From Patescibacteria group bacterium (lineage in GTDB: Bacteria; Patescibacteriota; Microgenomatia; UM-FILTER-40-11): a DNA stretch of 64,000 nt. The DNA lies in assembly GCA_035530075.1 (NCBI GenBank), contig DATKVM010000005.1, positions 87,861 through 151,860 of the forward strand, read 5' to 3'. The translations under genes and the position numbers were made by a program. The notes under the pieces were generated by a model. The model had not been told where the DNA came from. It did no database searches and worked only from the letters and a program-made list of their open reading frames with translations. Positions 47,330 to 56,805 of this stretch are shown here, one piece after another. Positions within the stretch are counted from its first letter, which is position 1. Every line of letters begins with the position of its first letter.

Positions 47330-49237
47330 TTAACTGACTACCTCGCCTTCTTCGACTTTATCCTCGGCTTTGGGTTCTTCACCTTTAGTCTCTGCCTCGC
47401 CCGCCGAAGCTTCGGCGGAGGCGGGTCCACCTTGCTGTCCTGCCGAACCATACATCGCCGCTCCGACTTTCTGGATGGCTTCGGATAAAGCGTTGGTTCC
47501 GCTCTCGATCTCTGAAACCTGCTCGCTTTTAAGCGCTTCTCTTAGAGTCGCAATTTTATCTTCGACTGCCTTCTTCTCGGCCGCCTTCACTTTATCACCA
47601 GCGTCTTTAAGCGTTTTCTCGCTGGTATAGATAAGGTTTTCCGCTTGGTTCTTGGTCTCAATGACTTTCCTTTTCGTCTCGTCCTCGGTCGCATGCGCCT
47701 CCGCTTCCTTAGTCATCTTCTCCACTTCGTCCTTAGAAAGGCCGGTGGAACCCTTAATAGAAACGCTTTGACTGCGACCAGTCGCCTTATCCTTGGCGGT
47801 AACATTCAAAATGCCATTGGCATCCAAATCAAAGGAAACTTCAATTTGGGGCACTCCTCGCGGAGCCGGGGGAATTCCGTCCAGAATAAACCGTCCCAAC
47901 GACTGGTTGTCCACTGCCATTGGCCGTTCTCCCTGCAAGACATTAATTTCCACCTGAGTCTGGTTATCAGCGGCGGTGGAAAAAACCTGAGATTTGGCGG
48001 TTGGAATAGTAGTGTTCCGGGCAATCAAAGGCGTAGAAACCCCTCCCAAGGTTTCAATCCCCAAAGTTAGAGGAGTCACATCCAGCAAGAGGACATCTTT
48101 CACTTCACCCCCCAAAACTCCTCCTTGAATCGCGGCGCCAATGGCCACCACCTCGTCCGGATTTACCGAACGGTTCGGTTCTTTGCCAAAAAATTTCTTG
48201 ACTGTCTCAAAAACTTTCGGCATCCGGGTCATTCCTCCCACCATCACGATTTCATCAATGTCTTTAATCTCTTTGCTAGCATCCTTCAGGCAAAGTTTAA
48301 CCGGTTCTACCGTTTTTTGAACCAGCTCGTCAACTAAGCTTTCCAACTTAGATCGACTTAGCTTCATCGTTAAGTGAAGCGGATTGCCGTTTTTGCCCTG
48401 AGTAATAAATGGCTGGTTAATCTCTGCCTCCATTGAGGAAGAGAGTTCAATTTTGACTTTCTCTGCCGCTTCGCGCAATCGCTGCAAAGCCTGGGGGTCC
48501 TTACGCAAATCAACCCCGTTTTCTTTCTTAAATTCCTCGGCGATAAAATTCAAAATCACCTGGTCAAAATCATCACCACCCAGATGAGTATCACCATTAG
48601 TTGCCTTAACCTCATAAACACCGTCGCCCAGCTCCAAAATGGAAATATCGAAAGTTCCCCCTCCTAAATCATAAACGGCAATGGTGTGAGCATTTTTCTT
48701 ATCCAAGCCATAAGCCAAAGCGGCCGCCGTCGGCTCATTAATAATTCTTAAAACTTCGAGTCCGGCGATTTCTCCTGCTTGCTTAGTTGCTTGCCTTTGT
48801 GAATCATCAAAGTAAGCAGGAACAGTGATTACCGCTTGAATAACTTTGCCCCCTAAGTAGGCCTCGGCATCCGCTTTAATTTTCTGCAAAATCATCGCGG
48901 ATATCTCTTGAGGGGTAAAATTCCTGCCTCGAACTTCGACTACCGCCATACCGTCTCGCCCCTCTTTAATGCTGTAAGGCAGCCACTGAATATCATGCTG
49001 TACCGACTTCTCGGAATATTTTTTGCCCATCAGCCTTTTAATAGAAAAAACCGTCTCTTTAGGCTTAATCACCATTTGCCTTTTAGCAACATCTCCAACG
49101 ACATGAGCAATCGGATCGACGATTGAAGGAATCACGTTTCTTCCCTCGGCCGAATAAATTACTTTTGGGCTGCCACCCTCCATTACGGCGACGCAAGAGT
49201 TGGTAGTACCTAAATCAATGCCAATTATTTTTCCCAT
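47330..49237 (-). CDS. dnaK: Molecular chaperone DnaK (Hsp70)
   Basis: [18 protein letters not shown]...DLGGGTFD... canonical Hsp70. Confidence 0.97.
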   Translation of the reverse strand: MGKIIGIDLGTTNSCVAVMEGGSPKVIYSAEGRNVIPSIVDPIAHVVGDVAKRQMVIKPKETVFSIKRLMGKKYSEKSVQHDIQWLPYSIKEGRDGMAVVEVRGRNFTPQEISAMILQKIKADAEAYLGGKVIQAVITVPAYFDDSQRQATKQAGEIAGLEVLRIINEPTAAALAYGLDKKNAHTIAVYDLGGGTFDISILELGDGVYEVKATNGDTHLGGDDFDQVILNFIAEEFKKENGVDLRKDPQALQRLREAAEKVKIELSSSMEAEINQPFITQGKNGNPLHLTMKLSRSKLESLVDELVQKTVEPVKLCLKDASKEIKDIDEIVMVGGMTRMPKVFETVKKFFGKEPNRSVNPDEVVAIGAAIQGGVLGGEVKDVLLLDVTPLTLGIETLGGVSTPLIARNTTIPTAKSQVFSTAADNQTQVEINVLQGERPMAVDNQSLGRFILDGIPPAPRGVPQIEVSFDLDANGILNVTAKDKATGRSQSVSIKGSTGLSKDEVEKMTKEAEAHATEDETKRKVIETKNQAENLIYTSEKTLKDAGDKVKAAEKKAVEDKIATLREALKSEQVSEIESGTNALSEAIQKVGAAMYGSAGQQGGPASAEASAGEAETKGEEPKAEDKVEEGEVVS

Positions 49238-49250
49238 AAAAGCCTCCTTT

Positions 49251-49709
49251 TTACTGATGGCGCTTACTAACTTTAACTTTGGCCACCCTAATAACTTTAT
49301 TCTTTAAGCGATACCCCTTACTGACCACTTCAACCGCTTCATTTTCTTCCTCACCCTCAACCGTTTCCACCGCCTCCATCTCCTGCGGGTCAAATTGCTT
49401 GCCCAAAACTTCAATCTCCATCAACCCTTCCTCAGCCAAAACGCGCTTAAACTCTTTTATGGCCATCGCCAAACCTTCATCCTGCAAATGGCCTTGGGCC
49501 CTTTCTAAATGGTCCAAGACCGAAAGCTGCTTTAGAATCAAATTGTTATTGGCATGCTGAACAAAATCGGCTTTTTCTCGCTCAAATCTTCTTTCCAAAT
49601 TTTGATAATCAGCCAGCGCCCTTTTCCATAGGTTAGTCAATTCTTCAACCCGACTCTTTAATTCTACCAGGTTTTTTTCCGCCCCTAATTTTTTCTCCTG
49701 TTTAACCAT
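49251..49709 (-). CDS. grpE: Nucleotide exchange factor GrpE
   Basis: Coiled-coil N-terminus and GrpE core; operon position between hrcA and dnaK. Confidence 0.9.
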   Translation of the reverse strand: MVKQEKKLGAEKNLVELKSRVEELTNLWKRALADYQNLERRFEREKADFVQHANNNLILKQLSVLDHLERAQGHLQDEGLAMAIKEFKRVLAEEGLMEIEVLGKQFDPQEMEAVETVEGEEENEAVEVVSKGYRLKNKVIRVAKVKVSKRHQ

Positions 49710-49712
49710 CTT

Positions 49713-50441
49713 TTAGCGTCCTCCCAAAATCTCATCAATTAATTCGCCAAAATAACGCATTGTTGGAAAAACACGATTGAAATTCACTCTCGCCGGCCCG
49801 ATGACACCAATGACTCCTCGATAAGAATCGGTTTCAAAACGATGGAAAATAAAGCCGCAGGGCTCAAAAAGCTCATCACCCAAATCATCGCCCAAAAGTA
49901 ATTCAATTGGACCTTGAGTTGTTGGCCGATTGATTAAGTTCAGCCAAAAGCCGATTTCATCAAGATGGGAAAGCAGAGCTTTAGTCAAATCGATATCAAA
50001 AAATTCGGGTGCTTCCAGGATGTTAGCCATTCCCGCGGCATAAAGATCTCCTCGATCCGTCGTGGCGACGGCTAACTCTTTGGTCCGCATAGCCAACTCT
50101 CGAGTCATTTCCCGCAAAAGCCGGTCTAACTCATGTCGATGATCCCAAACTTTTTCCTTGACCGCGACTTCCTCAGCCACTGAAAGCTGTTGTTCCTTCA
50201 GTAAATTATTAACATAATATTTAAGGGCCAGCGGAGTTGGCATCCGGCCGGAAGAAGAATGAATCTTTTTAAAAAATCCCGCCTCCGTAAGGGCCATCAT
50301 TTCGTTGCGGATAGTCGCTGGAGAAACATTAAGGCTGTATTTCTTTTCCAAGGTGTTGGAGCCCACGGGCAAAGCCGTTGCGATATATTCGTCAATAACG
50401 GCCTTAAGAATCTTGATTTGTCTGTCCGTCAAGTCTGCCAT
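49713..50441 (-). CDS. hrcA: Heat-inducible transcription repressor HrcA (start at ATG 50441 = MADLTDRQ)
   Basis: LTDRQIKILKAVIDEYIATALPVGSNTLEKKY winged-helix N-terminus typical of HrcA. Confidence 0.88.
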   Translation of the reverse strand: MADLTDRQIKILKAVIDEYIATALPVGSNTLEKKYSLNVSPATIRNEMMALTEAGFFKKIHSSSGRMPTPLALKYYVNNLLKEQQLSVAEEVAVKEKVWDHRHELDRLLREMTRELAMRTKELAVATTDRGDLYAAGMANILEAPEFFDIDLTKALLSHLDEIGFWLNLINRPTTQGPIELLLGDDLGDELFEPCGFIFHRFETDSYRGVIGVIGPARVNFNRVFPTMRYFGELIDEILGGR

Positions 50442-50467
50442 TAGCAATGATATAACACGATTGCTAA
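50441..50467. promoter_or_regulatory. CIRCE operator (TTAGCAATG-N9-GATTGCTAA) abutting the hrcA start codon
   Basis: 9-9-9 inverted repeat matching CIRCE TTAGCACTC-N9-GAGTGCTAA at about 14/18 positions; located exactly where CIRCE is expected for the hrcA-grpE-dnaK operon. Confidence 0.7.
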
Positions 50468-50477
50468 AATTTGTCAA
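50449..50477 (-). promoter_or_regulatory. Putative hrcA operon promoter (-35 TTGACA, 17 nt, -10 TATATC on the minus strand) overlapping CIRCE; would give a leaderless or near-leaderless transcript
   Basis: Reverse complement of 50472-50477 is TTGACA and of 50449-50454 is TATATC. Confidence 0.4.
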
Positions 50478-50498
50478 TAGTAAAAGAGGGGAAAATAA

Positions 50499-52175
50499 TT
50501 AAATTCCGCTGACGGTATCCGGATGAGGCTCGATAATTTCTTCTACTGCGAATAAAGCTTTTTGCCATTGGGAAATTTTCCTTCCCAGCCCCAAAACAGC
50601 CTCCAATTCCTTAAATTTAAATAATCGCGCTAACAGCAAATAAATCAACAGGCCACCCAAAGCTGCCATAATAGTTAAAACTAAAAGCGGAAGAGCTCGG
50701 CTAGTTTCAAAAACGAACAGGTCTAAAATTCTCATTAGCCCCCAAGAAGACAACCCAGCCAAACCGGCGGCAAAAGTCATCTTTAACCAAGAAAACACAT
50801 CTCTGCTTTCAATGAACCGCACTTTTCTCCAGTTAAAAAGAAATAAAAGCAGGAGGAAATTCAAAAAGTTGGCCAGAGAAAAAGCCAGGGCCAGGCCAAA
50901 AATTCCCAGCTGAAAACTGAAAATAAAAAGCAAGCTAAGAAAGACATTAACCGCCACCGAAAGCAAGCTAACCAAAAAAGGATTGGCTGTATCATGCAAG
51001 GCATAAAAACCCCTCACCAAGAGTTGGACGGCGCTTTGGGAAAAGATGGAAAAAGTCACCGCGGCTAGAGTTTGGCCAGTAATAATCGTCGCCGTCCAGG
51101 GGAAAGTTTTCGCCCCATAAGCAAAACGAACCAATTGAACTCGCAAAACTAAGAAAATGGCCGTTATCGGGAGAGCGATAAATAAAATCTGTCCTAAAGA
51201 ATGATTTAAAGTTCCTTTGAATTCTTCCTCTTTCCCCTCGGCAAGCTGCCGGGAAAGCAAGGGCAGAGCCGCCTGACCGACTGAAGTCCCCAGAAGCCTG
51301 ACCGGTAAATCAACTAATCTCTGGGCCAAATAATAGATTGTCAGCGAGCCGGGCGAAAGTGAGGTGGCCAAGAAAAGAGAAACCGTCGCTTCTACTTGAC
51401 TAGCCGCTAAGGCCAAAGTCCGGGGCAACATTAATTTAATCACTCGCCGGACGCCAGAATTCTGCCAATCAAGAGCAAAAGAATACCGAAAACCTAACTT
51501 GATAGCTAAAGGAACCTGAATAAGAAAATGGAAAAAAGCTCCAATTAAAACTCCAATCGAAGCCGCCCATATCCCCAACGGTCCGGAAAAAAGAAAAACC
51601 GAAAGGATAATCCCCAGGTTATAAACAACGGGCGAAAGCGCCGGTAAAAGAAAACGCTGATGAGACTGAGCAATCGCCGAGAGAAAGTTAGAGAGTAAGA
51701 AAAAAATCTGGGCCAGAAGCATCACTCGAGTCATCTGAGCCATCAAATCCACTTGCCAAACGGTAAAGTTGCCAGTAATTAAAGCGGAAAAGGGCCGAGC
51801 CGCCGCAAAAATTACCAGGGCCAAAATCACGAAAAAACCCAAAAGCAAATTGATTAAAGAAGACGCTAACCGGTAGGCGCCTTCTTCGTCTCGAGAAAGC
51901 TTTTCCGAAAAGACCGGAATAAAGGCCGCGGCCAAAGCGCCAATGACCACCAGCTGAAAAATCATATCCGGTAAACGGAAGGCCGCGTAATAAACATCCA
52001 GGTGCTGCCGGCAGCAGGCATAAAAACGGGCAACCAAAAGTCTCTCTCTTAAAATTCCCAAAACCATGGAAACACCATAAGTAGCGGCGATAACGAAGGC
52101 CGCGGAGAGAATGCTCGATTGCCGGCGAGTCAAAAGATTGCGCCCATTGAGCCAGAAATTTTTAACTTTAACCAT
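50499..52175 (-). CDS. murJ: Lipid II flippase MurJ (MviN)
   Basis: 558 aa, about 14 TM segments, N-terminus ...SAAFVIAATYGVSMVLGILRERLLVARF typical of MurJ. Confidence 0.85.
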   Translation of the reverse strand: MVKVKNFWLNGRNLLTRRQSSILSAAFVIAATYGVSMVLGILRERLLVARFYACCRQHLDVYYAAFRLPDMIFQLVVIGALAAAFIPVFSEKLSRDEEGAYRLASSLINLLLGFFVILALVIFAAARPFSALITGNFTVWQVDLMAQMTRVMLLAQIFFLLSNFLSAIAQSHQRFLLPALSPVVYNLGIILSVFLFSGPLGIWAASIGVLIGAFFHFLIQVPLAIKLGFRYSFALDWQNSGVRRVIKLMLPRTLALAASQVEATVSLFLATSLSPGSLTIYYLAQRLVDLPVRLLGTSVGQAALPLLSRQLAEGKEEEFKGTLNHSLGQILFIALPITAIFLVLRVQLVRFAYGAKTFPWTATIITGQTLAAVTFSIFSQSAVQLLVRGFYALHDTANPFLVSLLSVAVNVFLSLLFIFSFQLGIFGLALAFSLANFLNFLLLLFLFNWRKVRFIESRDVFSWLKMTFAAGLAGLSSWGLMRILDLFVFETSRALPLLVLTIMAALGGLLIYLLLARLFKFKELEAVLGLGRKISQWQKALFAVEEIIEPHPDTVSGI

Positions 52176-52260
52176 ATTTTCTCGTCTCTCAAAAGAGGCC
52201 GGAAGGAAACAGATGAAGAAATTCCCCTCCCTTGCTAACCCGCAGTATACGAAAAAAGGC

Positions 52261-52289
52261 TTGCATTTTAAAGGGGTAATTGATAGGAT
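52261..52289 (+). promoter_or_regulatory. Sigma70-like promoter for rpsT (-35 TTGCAT, 17 nt, -10 TAGGAT)
   Basis: Read directly; 24 nt upstream of the rpsT ATG. Confidence 0.45.
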
Positions 52290-52312
52290 ATACCAGCACT
52301 AGAGGTCAAAAA

Positions 52313-52579
52313 ATGCCCATTATCAAAAGCGCCAAAAAGGCTTTAAGACAAACAAAGAAAAGAACGCTCGCTAATCGAAGCAAGAAAAATCTTTTGCAAA
52401 CCCAAATGCGAGCTTTCAAAAAAGGGAAAAATCAAAAATCGCTTTCAGCGATTTACGCCTTAGTGGACAAAATGGCTAAGACTGGCGTTATTCACAAAAA
52501 CAAAGCGGCTCGGATTAAGAGCCGGTTTAGCCGTCTAACCGCTAAAGCCAACCCGCCCAAAAAAACGGCTACCGCTTAA
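52313..52579 (+). CDS. rpsT: 30S ribosomal protein S20
   Basis: MPIIKSAKKALRQTKKRTLANRSKKN... canonical S20 N-terminus. Confidence 0.9.
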   Translation: MPIIKSAKKALRQTKKRTLANRSKKNLLQTQMRAFKKGKNQKSLSAIYALVDKMAKTGVIHKNKAARIKSRFSRLTAKANPPKKTATA

Positions 52580-52650
52580 ACTCCTTTTTAGCAAAATTTA
52601 GCTTCGCTGCGGCTTTGACAATCAACCTTTGGCTTTAATATACTAGTTTT

Positions 52651-53220
52651 ATGCCTCAAGATAAGAGAATCAACCTTCTTCCTAAGGATAAGTTCGAATC
52701 CTCTACTCTGGGCAGATTTCTCAAGTGGTCCACTTCCACTGGTCGAGCCATTGTTGTTCTAACTGAGTTCGTGGTTATTTGCGCCTTTCTCTCCCGTTTC
52801 TATTTCGATACTCGACTAGCTAATCTTTTTGATGAAATCAATCAAAAAAAAGCGATTGTTGCTTCGGCGGCTGCCTTTGAAGAGGACTTTCGCCGAACCC
52901 AAGAAAAAATTCAAGTCATCAAAGTTCTCTTGACCCAAGAATCAAAACCCTCCGTTTTAATTAGCGAAATCAGTCAGCTTTTGCCCTTGGATGTTTCTCT
53001 AACCGCTCTCAATTTGGAGGAAAAGGACATCACTCTCAGTGGCTATACTTTTACCGAAAATGGCTTACGCCTTTTCTGGATTAGTCTTAATCAATATCCG
53101 GAATTGGAAGAAGTAACCCTGACTAATATCTCTTCTCGCAAAGAAGGTATGCCCGGTCTTGATTTCGTCATCAAGGCCACAATTAAAGCTAAAAAGACAG
53201 TTGGTGAAACTAAAAAATAA
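52651..53220 (+). CDS. pilN: PilN-like type IV pilus assembly protein
   Basis: RINLLP N-terminal signature, single TM, about 190 aa. Confidence 0.55.
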   Translation: MPQDKRINLLPKDKFESSTLGRFLKWSTSTGRAIVVLTEFVVICAFLSRFYFDTRLANLFDEINQKKAIVASAAAFEEDFRRTQEKIQVIKVLLTQESKPSVLISEISQLLPLDVSLTALNLEEKDITLSGYTFTENGLRLFWISLNQYPELEEVTLTNISSRKEGMPGLDFVIKATIKAKKTVGETKK

Positions 53221-53253
53221 ACTGAAAAATAAAAAAGGGAAGAAAAATCGACT

Positions 53254-53919
53254 ATGAATTTCGACTGGAAAACGGAATATTATCGTTACCGACGCTACTT
53301 CTTTAGCCTGGGCAAAATCGGCAAAACAGCGCCAGTGCGTTCTTTCGCTTGGCTTTCTTTAACGCTTTTTGCCATTGCTTTTTTCGCGGTAATGGCAATT
53401 CGGCCGACTTTAATAACCATCGCTAAACTTAATCGAGAAATTAAGGACAAGAAAGACGCCAGTCAAAAACTACAAACTAAAATCAATGCGATCGTTGCCG
53501 CTCAAGCTCTCTACGCGCGAAACTTAGACCATCTCCCTTTGTTGGAGGAAGCGCTCCCGGAAAAAAGCGAATTTCCCCGGCTGGCCTTCTTTTTCGAAGA
53601 AAACGCCACTGCCTCAAACGTAGAGCTTAAAACTCTAAACTTTGAAAAAATCGGCGTAAGCGAAAAAGGCTCTTCGTCTTCATCTTCGACGGCGAATTCT
53701 CTTTATTTCTCCCTCAATGTTGCGGGTGATTATGCCTATCTCAAAGACTTCACTCGCCGCTTGGAAACTTCCCGCCGAATTCTTAAAATTGATTCCGCCG
53801 CCTTTAGTCAAGTTAAAAAGGAAGAAGGCTGGCAACTTACTTTGCGAGTAACTGGCCAAGCTTCATTTAGTAAAAATCAAGTTGAGCCTAAACCGACTCA
53901 AGCACCGAGCCAAAAATGA
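53254..53919 (+). CDS. pilO: PilO-like type IV pilus assembly protein
   Basis: Single TM followed by a coiled-coil and a C-terminal alpha/beta domain; directly downstream of the PilN-like gene. Confidence 0.45.
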   Translation: MNFDWKTEYYRYRRYFFSLGKIGKTAPVRSFAWLSLTLFAIAFFAVMAIRPTLITIAKLNREIKDKKDASQKLQTKINAIVAAQALYARNLDHLPLLEEALPEKSEFPRLAFFFEENATASNVELKTLNFEKIGVSEKGSSSSSSTANSLYFSLNVAGDYAYLKDFTRRLETSRRILKIDSAAFSQVKKEEGWQLTLRVTGQASFSKNQVEPKPTQAPSQK

Positions 53920-54113
53920 AAAAAAACTATAGCCAAGAAATTTTTATTATTTCCATTTTAACTCTGACTATCACCGTCCTTTGGGTTTATCTAGGCATCC
54001 ATTTTGCCCTGCAAAAGAGTGAAAAGCCGGCTTTAACCCCTCAAGAAACTCGCATTTTAAACCCCCAACTCGATGAAAGCGTTTTCGAAGAATTAAAAGC
54101 CAGAAAAATTTAA
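53916..54113 (+). CDS. Small single-TM protein (65 aa)
   Basis: Overlaps the upstream gene stop by 4 bp (translational coupling); one hydrophobic helix. Confidence 0.3.
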   Translation: MKKNYSQEIFIISILTLTITVLWVYLGIHFALQKSEKPALTPQETRILNPQLDESVFEELKARKI

Positions 54114-54122
54114 GGGCAAGAA

Positions 54123-55481
54123 GTGAAAAAACTTCTCCAACCAAAAAGCTTACCCGCTCCTCTTGGCCTCGCACTGGCCCTATTGGGGCTTTTAGGGGGC
54201 GTTTTAGCGATTAATCGCATCCAAAACTTGGCCTCCCGCGCTTCTTTAGAAACCGTTCCCCAGCAGCTGAAAATTACCAATATCGGCAGTTCTTCCTTTG
54301 TCGTCAGTTGGACCACGGCCGAAAAAACCACCGGGGCCATTGCTGTCGGTGAAACGACAGAAATGGGAGAAATTAAAAAGGACTTTCGTGACCTAGAATC
54401 ATCAACCTTCACTTCTTCCTCGGTTCATTTTGTTTTTATCGATAACCTCAAACCCCAAACCAAGTATTACTTCAAAATTATTTGCGGTGGCAAAAATTAT
54501 GACGATTCAGGAAAGCCTTTCGAGGTTGTCACTGCTCCAGCCAAAGTGCCCCCCGATAACGATTTAGCTTTTGGGAAAATCCTAACTCCTGAGGGTCAAC
54601 CGGCAGCAGGAGCAATTGTCTATCTCTCCCTCGCCAACACTCTTCCTCAAGCGGCGCTTACGGATAAGGAGGGTAATTGGGTTATCGCTCTTTCGACGGC
54701 TCGGACGACCGACCTGCAAGACTTTTCTCACTATGATCGGAGCGCTCAAATCGAAGAAATTTATGTCCGAGCCGAAAACGAGACTGCCACCGCAACGATC
54801 TCGACCGGCAATGACAGTCCTGTTCCCGATATTATTCTTGGCCAAAATTATAACTTTTTGAGCATAATGCCGATTCTTTCCCCAACCCCCAACCCGGTAG
54901 TAGGCCGCGGTGGCTTACCCCAAAGCGACTTGTCCCATACTTCTGTCGAAGAATTGGAATTGGCGATTACTTCTCCGGCCGAAAATGAAGAAATCAGTAC
55001 GGGGTTACCGGAATTTTTTGGCACTGGACCAAAAAGCGAAAGACTCCAAATCACGGTAGAATCTAACGAAAAAATTAATAGCCAAGTCACCGTTAATTCG
55101 ACCGGAGAGTGGAGTTGGACACCTCAAGCTTCCCTTTCTCCAGGCGAACACCAATTAACCGTTTCCTATACGGACGCCAAAGGAATATTGCAAAAGGTAA
55201 CCCGCTCCTTTATTGTCTTGGCCGCCGGTGAAAGTAGCTTGCCGTCTTTTACCGCTACTCCCTCGGGGGAAACTGCTGTTCCCCCGCCAACGGCGACCCC
55301 CACTCCCAAAGCAAAAGCTTCACCCACGGCGACGCCCAAACCGACCGCCACTCCTCAACCCACTACTTTGCCTTCAACTGAAAGCGCGGCTCCCTCTTCC
55401 GGTAACTTCTTGCCCACTAAAATTTTCTTAGGCATAGGAGCCGCTATTCTCATTGTCGGTGCAGCTCTTTTGCTACTCTAA
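54123..55481 (+). CDS. Surface protein with signal/TM anchor, fibronectin-III-like domain(s), Pro/Thr-rich linker and a C-terminal LPTK + hydrophobic anchor
   Basis: ...SSFVVSWTTAEKTTGAIAVG...KPQTKYYFKI... FN3-like; ...PTATPTPKAKASPTATPKPTATPQPTT... linker; C-terminus NFLPTKIFLGIGAAILIVGAALLLL. Confidence 0.6.
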   Translation: MKKLLQPKSLPAPLGLALALLGLLGGVLAINRIQNLASRASLETVPQQLKITNIGSSSFVVSWTTAEKTTGAIAVGETTEMGEIKKDFRDLESSTFTSSSVHFVFIDNLKPQTKYYFKIICGGKNYDDSGKPFEVVTAPAKVPPDNDLAFGKILTPEGQPAAGAIVYLSLANTLPQAALTDKEGNWVIALSTARTTDLQDFSHYDRSAQIEEIYVRAENETATATISTGNDSPVPDIILGQNYNFLSIMPILSPTPNPVVGRGGLPQSDLSHTSVEELELAITSPAENEEISTGLPEFFGTGPKSERLQITVESNEKINSQVTVNSTGEWSWTPQASLSPGEHQLTVSYTDAKGILQKVTRSFIVLAAGESSLPSFTATPSGETAVPPPTATPTPKAKASPTATPKPTATPQPTTLPSTESAAPSSGNFLPTKIFLGIGAAILIVGAALLLL

Positions 55482-55518
55482 CCTCGTTTTGCGGTCAACA
55501 TTGTATTAAAATACCGGT

Positions 55519-56805
55519 ATGAAAATCGCCATTATTGGCGGAGGGTTCACCGGATTAACGGCTGCCCTCCGTTTAGCTAAAGAAGGTCATCTGGTGACTC
55601 TCTTTGAGAAAGAGGATCAGCTGGGAGGATTGGCCTCCTCGTTCAAAAAAAACGGCTGGGATTGGCCCTTGGAACATTATTTCCACCATTATTTTAGTTC
55701 CGATCAAGCAGTAAAAAGGTTAGTCCAAGAGCTGCATCTGGAAAAAAAATTATCTTACTTTAAACCGAAAACCTCGGTTTATCTTGAAGGAAAGGTCTCT
55801 CGTTTTGATAGTTTCTCAAGCCTCCTTTTTTTTCCCAAACTAAAATTGACCGACAAATTAAGAACCGGACTGACTATTCTTTTTTTGAAATTTAACCCTT
55901 TTTGGCAACCCTTAGAAAAGATTCCGGCAGCCACTTTTATCCAAAAAACCATGGGGAAAGAAACTTACCGTCTAATCTGGCAGCCACTTTTGCAAAGTAA
56001 GTTTGGAGCCTTGGCTAACCAAATTCCCGCTTCTTGGTTTTGGACAAGAATCAAAAAAAGAAGTTTTGCCTTAGGATATTTAAACGGGGGAACTGCCGCT
56101 CTCCTTAGCGCCTTAACAGAAGAAATCAAAAAGAAACAGGGGCAAATTCTTCTGGGCCAAGCAGTCAGCCAGATTAAAAAAGCTCCAGACGGATTTGTCC
56201 TTTATTTCCAAAGCCAGCCGTATCCGACCAAATTTGAAAAAGTAATGGCCACCGTTCCTCCAGCCACTTTGGCCAAAATCGCTAGCGAACTTCCATTGAC
56301 AGAGAAAGCCAGCCTCCAAGCCCTTAAAAGTTTGGGCAGTCTTTGCCTGATTCTGGCTCTCAAGAAAAGCCTGCTTACCGACGGGACTTATTGGCTTAAT
56401 GTTAACGAAAGCCATTTCCCCTTCGTCGCTGTCGTTGAACATACCAATTTAATAGACAAAAAACATTACGGTCAAAATGTTCTTTTATATATTGGCGGTT
56501 ATTACCCGGCCCAACATCCCTTTTTCCGCCAAAATAAAGCGGCTCTTTTCCGGAAATTTCTTCCTTATTTGCAAAAGATTAATCCTTCCTTCGACTTTAA
56601 TCAAAACCTGAACGAATACTGGCTTTTCAAGAATGAATACAGTCAGCCGATAGTTTCGGCTAACTATTCTCAGAATCGGCCATTGGTTAAAACTAGCCTT
56701 CCGGGTCTTTATTGGGCTAGCCTTCATCATATTTACCCGGAAGACCGTGGGGTTAACTCTGCTATTCTTTTAGGAGAAAAACTTGCCAATGAAATTGTTT
56801 CTTAA
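55519..56805 (+). CDS. FAD/NAD(P)-binding oxidoreductase (amine-oxidase/protoporphyrinogen-oxidase/UGM-like superfamily)
   Basis: MKIAIIGGGFTGLTAALRLAKEGHLVTLFEKEDQLGG Rossmann dinucleotide-binding motif. Confidence 0.7.
   Translation: MKIAIIGGGFTGLTAALRLAKEGHLVTLFEKEDQLGGLASSFKKNGWDWPLEHYFHHYFSSDQAVKRLVQELHLEKKLSYFKPKTSVYLEGKVSRFDSFSSLLFFPKLKLTDKLRTGLTILFLKFNPFWQPLEKIPAATFIQKTMGKETYRLIWQPLLQSKFGALANQIPASWFWTRIKKRSFALGYLNGGTAALLSALTEEIKKKQGQILLGQAVSQIKKAPDGFVLYFQSQPYPTKFEKVMATVPPATLAKIASELPLTEKASLQALKSLGSLCLILALKKSLLTDGTYWLNVNESHFPFVAVVEHTNLIDKKHYGQNVLLYIGGYYPAQHPFFRQNKAALFRKFLPYLQKINPSFDFNQNLNEYWLFKNEYSQPIVSANYSQNRPLVKTSLPGLYWASLHHIYPEDRGVNSAILLGEKLANEIVS

Noticed and set aside
50442-50477. 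TTG start at 50477 for hrcA (ORF-track start)
   Set aside because: It would place the CIRCE operator inside the coding region; ATG at 50441 gives the canonical HrcA N-terminus.
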